DNA from: Candidatus Cloacimonadales bacterium
Lineage (GTDB): Bacteria > Cloacimonadota > Cloacimonadia > Cloacimonadales > JAFGVF01
Length of the DNA stretch: 64,000 nt
Reading direction: 5' to 3'
Assembly (NCBI GenBank): GCA_963667035.1
Contig: OY762964.1
Coordinates: 546,815-610,814, forward strand
Shown one piece after another: positions 57,387-64,000 of this stretch. Position numbers and translations under genes: made by a program. Numbering within the stretch: position 1 is the stretch's first letter; each line of letters opens with the position of its first letter. Below the pieces are notes generated by a model, which saw nothing but the letters and a program-made list of their open reading frames with translations, did no database searches and had not been told where the DNA came from.

Positions 57387-58313
57387 ATGAAAGCTTTATT
57401 TGCTTTGATAATGATAATAGTTTCATTGATAGTCTTAGGGATTGCCAAGTCAGTTCCTGATCGAACCAAACAGATTAGAAGAATAGGTTTAATCATGATT
57501 CTAGTTTTTGGTGTTATGTTTGTATTGCAGAGTGTTCAGATAATTAATGCCGGTGAAGTTGGTGTGCAGATAGTGTTTGGAAAAGTACAGAAACATGTTC
57601 TGATGGAAGGTATTAATTTCAAGAATCCCTTTGCAGATGTATCTAATTTTACAATTCGTTTGAAAGAATACACAATGTCAAGCACCAGAGGAGAAGGAAG
57701 CATAAACGGTGATGATTCTATAACAGCCTTAACTCGAGATAATCTTGAGATAAAGATTGATGTGTCTATTTGGTATGCTCTTGATCCTACAAAAGCAGCA
57801 GATATTTATAGGTCAATTGCAAAGGATGACTTAACTTTTATGAATTCTATTGTAAGACCAGCTATCAGAACAGCTATTCGTGATATTACCGCTGAGTTAA
57901 CTTTTACCGAGATAATCGAAGCTCGAGAGAAGTTCACAAAAGATATTTATGCATCTTTCCAGGAGATTACTGATAATAAGGGTGTAATCGGAGATAAAGT
58001 GCTAATTAGGAATGTAACTCCTCCACCAACGGTTAAAGGTGCAATTGAAAAGAAGCTCATGCAACAGCAAGAGCTTGCTGCTAAAGAATATGAACTTGAT
58101 AAGATGAGAAAGGATGCAGAGATTAGAAGAGTAGAAGCTCAAGGTATTGCAGATGCTCAGGCAATTATTCAAAAGAAACTGACTCCTCTTTATGTTCAAT
58201 ATCTAGCAATTGAATCATATAAAGAACTGGCTAATTCAGAGAATACTACTTTTGTAATTTTACCAACAAATCCTGAAGCAGCAGGAATGCCACTGATTCT
58301 CAACGCTAAATAA
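57387..58313 (+). CDS. SPFH/band-7 (prohibitin-like) membrane protein
   Basis: N-terminal TM helix followed by an SPFH domain (GEVGVQIVFGKV..., ITALTRDNLEIKIDVSIWY, IRPAIRTAIRDI) and a C-terminal coiled coil. I prefer the ATG at 57387 (GGAGG 5 nt upstream). Confidence 0.85.
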   Translation: MKALFALIMIIVSLIVLGIAKSVPDRTKQIRRIGLIMILVFGVMFVLQSVQIINAGEVGVQIVFGKVQKHVLMEGINFKNPFADVSNFTIRLKEYTMSSTRGEGSINGDDSITALTRDNLEIKIDVSIWYALDPTKAADIYRSIAKDDLTFMNSIVRPAIRTAIRDITAELTFTEIIEAREKFTKDIYASFQEITDNKGVIGDKVLIRNVTPPPTVKGAIEKKLMQQQELAAKEYELDKMRKDAEIRRVEAQGIADAQAIIQKKLTPLYVQYLAIESYKELANSENTTFVILPTNPEAAGMPLILNAK

Positions 58314-58331
58314 ATTGATTACTTTGTTACG

Positions 58332-58368
58332 AAGGACCATAGATTACTTACTTATGGTCCTTTTTTTG
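58332..58368 (+). terminator. Rho-independent terminator after the SPFH gene
   Basis: AAGGACCATA...TATGGTCCTT (10-bp stem) followed by TTTTTGTTTT. Confidence 0.75.
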
Positions 58369-58468
58369 TTTTAGTGATTATCATTCATGATAGGAATATT
58401 TTCCTTGACAGTCTGTATTTATAACAGAGAATCTAAGCAAGAGGTATTTATTTCAGCAAAGGTGAAAC

Positions 58469-60016
58469 ATGAAAAAGATAGTATTATTACTTCTTATCTT
58501 GGCTATTGGGGTCATACTGTTTTCTGAAACCGATAATGACCATAAAGCCCTATTAGATAAGTTTCTTAAGCAAGCGAAAACTCAGGTTAATGAAGATCCT
58601 AGCATCAGTGTTCAATATGCTGAGACAGGAGTAAGTTATTCAAAAGAGAATAATTTACCGGAGTATGAAGCAGAGTTCTATCTGATTTTGGGAGTTGCGT
58701 ATGAGAATCTCAAAATTGAGGATAAGCTTCTCAAAGCATATAAAAATGCCTTAATTATTTATTCCAAACTTAAAGATGACTATGGTAAGATTACAGTTAT
58801 AAACAAAATTGCTGAATATAATTACAATATTTTCAGGTTAACTGAAGCTGCTGATTTCTACGAGCGTTCTTTAAAATTGTATCAAAAGCATAATGATATG
58901 ACCGGAGAGATGCACATTAACTATGCTCTTGCAGTATTATACTATGATGCGGATGATTACGAACGAGCTTATGCATATCTTGAAATTGCTGATAGAGTTA
59001 AAGAAGCCCTTGGCAAGATTATGGGTGAAGATGCACCTGATATTAAAGATATACTAAATCAACAACAACGTAAGCGTTTAAGTGAATTAGTAGAGAAGAA
59101 GAAGCTTGATGAAATTAAAGAAAAAAGCAGAGTTAGTAGAAAAGATAAATCTCAAGTAAAAGATATTAGAGATGATAGTAAAGAGAAAGAATTAGAACAA
59201 AAACTGAAGAGAACCGAAGTAGAAGTAAAAGCTAAAGAAATAGAAGTAAATGAACTCATTTCGACTCTTACCAAACAAGAAAACCAACTTATTGAGCATT
59301 ATGTTACTCAAAAAGTTAATGAAGGAAGAATTAAATCATTACGCTCGAGAAACTTTCTTCTGATTCTTTTTCTAATCATTGTTGTTATAAACATGATTCT
59401 TATTATAAGAAGCTATCTTGGGAAAGTGAGATCTAATAATGAGCTTTTAAAAGCACATGAGTTAATTAAAAAGCAAAATAACCAGCTAACAAAAGCTTAT
59501 GATCAAATAGAGCGAATTTCTCGTATAGATCCACTTACTAAGGTTTTTAATCGTAGAGATATGGAAGAAAAAATGCTAGATGCAGTTAATCTCTTTGAGC
59601 GTGAGATGAACCCATTTTCGTTCTTACTTCTTGATATTGATTTATTCAAGAATATTAATGACACTTATGGTCACGATGCAGGTGATTATGTTCTTAAGAC
59701 TCTTGCCGCTTTACTCAAGACATCTTTACGTAAGATTGATAACATCTCAAGATGGGGTGGCGAGGAGTTTCTTATCTTGTTGAATAAAACAGGAGAAGAA
59801 GGAGCTAGAGTAGCTGCCGAAAAGATACGTAAAGCAGTTGAGGACTTTATGTTCGAATACAATGACAATACTTTTAATATAACTGTTTCAGTTGGTTACA
59901 GCACATATAATGAATTAAGAGAAGTTCACGAAGTAATCAAAGAAGCAGATGTTGCTTTATATAGAGCAAAACAGAACGGCCGCAATCAATGTGCTAAATA
60001 CGAGGAAAACAATTAG
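58469..60016 (+). CDS. TPR + coiled-coil + TM + GGDEF diguanylate cyclase
   Basis: 515 aa with a signal/TM N-terminus and TPR-like repeats. A long charged coiled coil is followed by a TM helix ([18 protein letters not shown]). The GGDEF domain has an intact GGEEF active site ([11 protein letters not shown]) and an RxxD-like I-site context. Confidence 0.9.
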   Translation: MKKIVLLLLILAIGVILFSETDNDHKALLDKFLKQAKTQVNEDPSISVQYAETGVSYSKENNLPEYEAEFYLILGVAYENLKIEDKLLKAYKNALIIYSKLKDDYGKITVINKIAEYNYNIFRLTEAADFYERSLKLYQKHNDMTGEMHINYALAVLYYDADDYERAYAYLEIADRVKEALGKIMGEDAPDIKDILNQQQRKRLSELVEKKKLDEIKEKSRVSRKDKSQVKDIRDDSKEKELEQKLKRTEVEVKAKEIEVNELISTLTKQENQLIEHYVTQKVNEGRIKSLRSRNFLLILFLIIVVINMILIIRSYLGKVRSNNELLKAHELIKKQNNQLTKAYDQIERISRIDPLTKVFNRRDMEEKMLDAVNLFEREMNPFSFLLLDIDLFKNINDTYGHDAGDYVLKTLAALLKTSLRKIDNISRWGGEEFLILLNKTGEEGARVAAEKIRKAVEDFMFEYNDNTFNITVSVGYSTYNELREVHEVIKEADVALYRAKQNGRNQCAKYEENN

Positions 60017-60816
60017 TGAGTAATGTTTCTTATGCTTTAGGTTTAACTCTCTTTGCAGGATTAAGCACGGGTATAGGCAGTCTTTTCGCTTTTATTTCAA
60101 AAAAGACAGACGCTAAATTTTTATCAGTTTCTTTAGGATTCTCAGCGGGAGTAATGATTTATGTGTCATTTGTTGAGATTTTTCTCAAAGCTAAGAATGC
60201 TTTAATCCCGGTTTATGGAGTTAAAACAGGTACATGGTATACTGTTTTAGGTTTTTTCGCAGGAATGTTTCTTATTGCTATTATTGATAAACTGGTCCCG
60301 TCTTATGAGAATCCTCATGAGATTACTAAACTTGACGAAGACTTAACGAAGAATAAAGATAAGAAGAATCTCATGAGAATGGGAATTCTTTCCGCTTTGG
60401 CAATTACAATACATAATTTCCCCGAAGGCTTAGCAACTTTTGCTTCAGCTATGAAAGATCCTACCCTTGGAGTCAGCATTGCAATAGCTATAGCAATACA
60501 TAACATTCCTGAGGGTATAGCTGTTTCAGTTCCTATCTTTTATGCTACAGGTTCAAAGAAAAAGGCTTTTGTCTATTCATTCTTATCTGGATTATCAGAG
60601 CCAGTAGGTGCAGTGTTAGGATATTTTCTACTAAAAACGATATTCAATGATACAACTTTTGGTATTATCTTCGCCTCGGTTGCCGGTATCATGGTTTATA
60701 TTTCTCTTGATCAGTTGCTTCCTACAGCAGAGGAGTATGGAGAACACCACCTTAGTATTTGGGGTATGGTTGCCGGCATGATGCTAATGGCGTTAAGTTT
60801 ACTATTATTCCTTTAA
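60016..60816 (+). CDS. zupT: ZIP-family zinc transporter ZupT
   Basis: 266 aa with a GTG start overlapping the GGDEF stop by 1 nt. The protein is colinear with ZupT ([22 protein letters not shown]). Confidence 0.85.
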   Translation: MSNVSYALGLTLFAGLSTGIGSLFAFISKKTDAKFLSVSLGFSAGVMIYVSFVEIFLKAKNALIPVYGVKTGTWYTVLGFFAGMFLIAIIDKLVPSYENPHEITKLDEDLTKNKDKKNLMRMGILSALAITIHNFPEGLATFASAMKDPTLGVSIAIAIAIHNIPEGIAVSVPIFYATGSKKKAFVYSFLSGLSEPVGAVLGYFLLKTIFNDTTFGIIFASVAGIMVYISLDQLLPTAEEYGEHHLSIWGMVAGMMLMALSLLLFL

Positions 60817-61233
60817 TCAGTCTATTTGATTACCATAAATATACCATCTTCCACCTTCTTTATGAAGGTAAGATAGATTTCCAAAAGTCAAGGGCTCTTG
60901 GTATATCTCTTCAGATTCGCCTGTAAATGTTACTATAAAGCTTACTTCTGCGAAGTTATCTCCAACACTGTTTATTTCCAAGTTATCGAAAGTGAGTTGA
61001 GAATAGTTTTCTCTTTTATCTCTCCACCAGTCTTCTTCAGTCCAGATTGTTCTGCCGTTATGCATAAAATCATCTGAGTATTTATCATAGATATCGTCCA
61101 ACTCATACAGTAAGAAATCATAACTAATCTGGTTATAGAATTCTTTGATATTATAGTTGTCTGCTTCTTTTGGCTTTGATACATCGCATCCTGCGATTGA
61201 TAATATGACTAATAATATGAGGATGTATTTCAT
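60817..61233 (-). CDS. Small lipoprotein of unknown function
   Basis: I prefer the start at ATG 61233 (MKYILILLVILSIAGC lipobox), which overlaps the rlmD stop as ATGA. The track start at 61269 would lie inside rlmD. Confidence 0.55.
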   Translation of the reverse strand: MKYILILLVILSIAGCDVSKPKEADNYNIKEFYNQISYDFLLYELDDIYDKYSDDFMHNGRTIWTEEDWWRDKRENYSQLTFDNLEINSVGDNFAEVSFIVTFTGESEEIYQEPLTFGNLSYLHKEGGRWYIYGNQID

Positions 61234-62555
61234 TTTCTTTCCAATACTATTATGTTTTCTATATGCCAAGTATATGGGAACATATCAAATGGTTGAATAT
61301 CTTTTATTATGTATCCTTCTTCAAGAAATTGCTTTAAATCTCTTACTTGAGTTGATGGATTACAACTGATGTATATAATGTTTTTAACTCCCAGACCTGA
61401 TGTAGCTGATATTATGGACTTAGTCATTCCTTTTCTGGGTGGGTCGAAAATAATTGTATCCGGGGTGGTTTTTTTGAATATCTCAGGGAGGACAGATTCT
61501 ACATCTCCACAGTAATAATGGCAATTGGACATGTTATTTCTTTCTGCATTCTCTTTTGCATCTTTTACTGCTTCTTCAACTGATTCAATACCAATAATCT
61601 CTTTGCATAGATCACTTAATGCAATACCAATGCTTCCGGTACCGCAATATGCATCAATTACTACAGAATCTTTGGTAAGATATTCAGAGACATACCTAAG
61701 CATTGCTTCTGCTTGAGGAGTGTTTACTTGGAAAAATGATTGATAGTTAATTCTGAATGTTTTACCGCAGAGTATATCGTACAAGTATGGCACACCGTAT
61801 AGAATTTTCTCTTGCTCCCCCAGAATCCTGTTACCGTTTGTAGGATTAATATTCTGTATTATCCCCTTTACTTGAGGGAATTCATCTGTTAGACGCTTTA
61901 CCAGTTGCTTTGTGAAAGGTAGTTTAGAGGATTTAGTAACTAGTATGATAAGCAATTCTTCGGTAACTTCTGAATATCGGATTCCAACATGCCTTAACAG
62001 ACCACTCTGCTTCTTTTCATCATAAATCTTTACTTTTGCAGAGATAATGTAATCTTTAATCACATCCATTATTCGTTTATATAGGGGAGGGTGAAGTAAA
62101 CAATCTTCGTGCTCAATGACATCATGACTTTGATTGGCAAACATCCCTATCAATGGAGAGTCTGTTGTTCCTCCAACAGGCATGAAGCTCTTGTTGCGAT
62201 AATATCTTTCCTGAGGAGAAGGTGAAACCGATTTCACATGAAAGTCTATATCTCTGAATAATTCTCTGATAATGGTTGTTTTATATTCTATCTGTTTAGC
62301 GTATTCAAGGTGAGACCAATTACAACCGCCGCATTTAGAAAATGCTGTGCATTCAGGTTCAATATAATCCGGAGAATGTGATACATACTTGTTAATCTCA
62401 GCAAAAAGAGATCTCTTCTTTGTGTACTTTACCTTGACATCAACTATGTCTCCGGGAAGTGCAGAAGGGACAAAAACGCTTTGTCCCTCCCAAAATCCGA
62501 GACCATAGCCACCGAATACCGGCTTTTCTATCTTTAAACTTTTAATGTTTTTCAT
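61230..62555 (-). CDS. rlmD: 23S rRNA (uracil-C5)-methyltransferase, RlmD/RumA family
   Basis: 441 aa with an N-terminal TRAM-like domain, an Fe-S cysteine cluster (CTAFSKCGGCNWSHL) and the SAM fold DAYCGTGSIG. The C-terminal catalytic region is DPPRKG...YISCNP. Confidence 0.85.
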   Translation of the reverse strand: MKNIKSLKIEKPVFGGYGLGFWEGQSVFVPSALPGDIVDVKVKYTKKRSLFAEINKYVSHSPDYIEPECTAFSKCGGCNWSHLEYAKQIEYKTTIIRELFRDIDFHVKSVSPSPQERYYRNKSFMPVGGTTDSPLIGMFANQSHDVIEHEDCLLHPPLYKRIMDVIKDYIISAKVKIYDEKKQSGLLRHVGIRYSEVTEELLIILVTKSSKLPFTKQLVKRLTDEFPQVKGIIQNINPTNGNRILGEQEKILYGVPYLYDILCGKTFRINYQSFFQVNTPQAEAMLRYVSEYLTKDSVVIDAYCGTGSIGIALSDLCKEIIGIESVEEAVKDAKENAERNNMSNCHYYCGDVESVLPEIFKKTTPDTIIFDPPRKGMTKSIISATSGLGVKNIIYISCNPSTQVRDLKQFLEEGYIIKDIQPFDMFPYTWHIENIIVLERK

Positions 62556-63263
62556 TTATCCTTTGATTGGCATAAACCTTATTTTCCAAACATTCCAGAT
62601 TGCTTCGTAGACAATTTCGGAAGACATCTTAGATTGACCGTCTCTTCTTTCTGTGAATACTATTGGCATTTCTTTTATTCTGAACTTCTTCTGCCAGGCT
62701 CTATATTTCATTTCAATTTGGAATGAGTATCCATCAGATATTATTGAATCAAAATCTATGCTTTCAAGTACTTCTCTTCTATAGCACTTAAAACCCGCTG
62801 TAGGGTCTTTGAAAGGCATTCCGGTTATTGCCCTAACATACCAAGAAGCAAAATAACTCAGTAACAATCTTTTAAAAGGCCAGTTCACAACATTAATACC
62901 ATCGCAATAACGAGAACCGATAATCAAGTCTTTATGCTCAATCTCTTTAAGCATTCTTAGAATATCATCCGGATTATGCGAGAAGTCAGCGTCCATCTCA
63001 ACAATGAAATCGTATCCATGTTCAAGTGCATACTTAAAACCGGCAATGTAAGCAGTTCCCAGTCCTTGTTTACCCTTTCTCTTCATCAGGTGTAAACGTT
63101 GATGGTCGGAAAGTAGTTGCTCAACAAGTTTTCCTGTTCCGTCAGGGGAGTTGTCATCGACTATCAATATCTCTAATTCATCATTTAGATTTAGAACATA
63201 GTCAATGATTTTGGGAGCATTCTCTATCTCATTATATGTTGGTATTATTATTAAAGTACTCAT
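62556..63263 (-). CDS. GT2 polyprenol-phosphate mannosyltransferase (Dpm1/Ppm1-like)
   Basis: 235 aa with MSTLIIIPTYNE, VDDNSPDGT and MDADFSHNP (DxD) motifs. Confidence 0.85.
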   Translation of the reverse strand: MSTLIIIPTYNEIENAPKIIDYVLNLNDELEILIVDDNSPDGTGKLVEQLLSDHQRLHLMKRKGKQGLGTAYIAGFKYALEHGYDFIVEMDADFSHNPDDILRMLKEIEHKDLIIGSRYCDGINVVNWPFKRLLLSYFASWYVRAITGMPFKDPTAGFKCYRREVLESIDFDSIISDGYSFQIEMKYRAWQKKFRIKEMPIVFTERRDGQSKMSSEIVYEAIWNVWKIRFMPIKG

Positions 63264-63283
63264 TATATCTTCCTTACGAGAGC

Positions 63284-64000
63284 TTATTTGTCCAGATTGT
63301 TCTCCAGACGTTGTCCCTCTAAAACATCTCTTATCTCTCTAGACGGATGGCCAAGATAAAGCTTTCCGGGTGCCGTGTCCTTGCTTACAAGAGTTCCTGC
63401 AGCAATCTGACTATCCTCACCAATTACTTTTCCGGGAAGTATAGTTGCATTAACTCCAATTCTTCCACCACGTTTTATTGTTACGCCCTTGAAATGTTCG
63501 TAACGCTCTTTATCTCTTGCCATATAGTTATCGTTACTTGTTGCTACGCATGGAGCAACAAAACAATAATCCTCTACTTCAGAGTATGCTGTAATGTAAG
63601 CATTTGTTTCGAATTTATTTCTGTCACCAATCTTAACAAAATTCTCTATAGTTACATTACGTCCTACTATGTTTAGATTTCCTATTGTCACATTTTCTCT
63701 TACGGTTGCTAAATCTGCTACCAAGTTGTTGTCACCAATGGTTGCTTGACAATATATCACAACATTAGCTCCAATCTGACAGAGTTTTCCAATTCTAGCC
63801 GGTTCCATGTTATCGGCAACTTTGAATATACTTCTTGGTGAACTTAAAGGTCTTTTCCCAATTATGGTATTAGCATCAACTCTAACACCTTCACCAATAA
63901 CACTATTACTATATATTACAACGTTATGTCCAATAAGACAATTATCGCCTATTTCAACGTTATCTTCTATTACTACGTTAAAACCTAATTTAACATTTTC
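63284..64000 (-). CDS. Hexapeptide-repeat (left-handed beta-helix) acyl/acetyltransferase; the 5' end lies outside the window
   Basis: The frame stays open upstream of the track ATG (63808) to the window edge and keeps reading hexapeptide repeats (...NVVIEDNVEIGDNCLIGHNVVIYSNSVIGEGVRVDANTIIG...). The true start is therefore beyond 64000. The specific substrate cannot be determined. Confidence 0.7.
   Translation of the reverse strand, partial: ENVKLGFNVVIEDNVEIGDNCLIGHNVVIYSNSVIGEGVRVDANTIIGKRPLSSPRSIFKVADNMEPARIGKLCQIGANVVIYCQATIGDNNLVADLATVRENVTIGNLNIVGRNVTIENFVKIGDRNKFETNAYITAYSEVEDYCFVAPCVATSNDNYMARDKERYEHFKGVTIKRGGRIGVNATILPGKVIGEDSQIAAGTLVSKDTAPGKLYLGHPSREIRDVLEGQRLENNLDK

Noticed and set aside
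60972-61184. 70-aa alternative-frame minus ORF and 61157-61369 plus ORF around the small lipoprotein gene. Similar internal ORFs lie at 26258-26449 and 26558-26740.
   Set aside because: They are nested inside longer ORFs that have signal peptides or lipoboxes. None has an independent start signal.

Overview
This is an AT-rich bacterial chromosomal window (GC judged by eye to be in the mid-30s %, not computed). It holds about 60 protein genes and a 4-tRNA cluster. I saw no rRNA, CRISPR array or transposase.

Three very large secreted peptidases (C25, C10, M1) end in the same ~85-aa NYPNPFNP... sorting domain. Together with the gene content, this suggests an uncultivated anaerobe of the FCB superphylum, possibly Cloacimonadota-like. 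That placement is low confidence and inferred only.

Layout by coordinate:
- 1-3.7 kb: housekeeping genes (DHH tail, truB, ribF, a YhaM-like HD nuclease, an MBL hydrolase).
- 4-14 kb: an LVIVD lipoprotein, a 1805-aa C25-like protein, and a 912-aa C10 peptidase flanked by bcp and tpx.
- 15-22.8 kb: a PAS histidine kinase, a 770-bp gene-free gap, a THUMP methyltransferase, an AIM24-like gene, a MarR-OsmC-thioredoxin operon, tRNA-fMet/Met/Arg/His and mscS.
- 22.9-35 kb: one long minus-strand block, rpmF-plsX-fabHDG-acpP-fabF-rnc, followed by a radical-SAM gene and three envelope proteins of unknown function.
- 35.3-39.7 kb: yitT, then a tightly coupled operon (fused SucC-SucD ligase, EamA transporter, 61-aa protein) behind what reads as a cobalamin riboswitch.
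- 39.8-40.4 kb: a hairpin-dense, unassigned non-coding block and an 11-bp x5 tandem repeat.
- 40.5-49.3 kb: a TPR/FG-GAP/ASPIC protein, azoR, uvrB, a DEAD-box helicase and a MATE pump.
- 49.4-54.3 kb: a visibly more AT-rich three-gene insert (divergent SHMT paralog, P-loop/TPR STAND-like NTPase, tyrosine recombinase).
- 54.3-64 kb: an M1 peptidase, SPFH, GGDEF, zupT, a lipoprotein, rlmD, a GT2 and a hexapeptide acyltransferase.

The most interesting items are the B12-riboswitch-controlled fused ligase operon, the recombinase/NTPase/SHMT-like island, the rnc-linked envelope operon and the unassigned structured region at 39.8-40.1 kb.

All structure and motif calls were made by eye. None has been checked against Rfam, Pfam or any other database.
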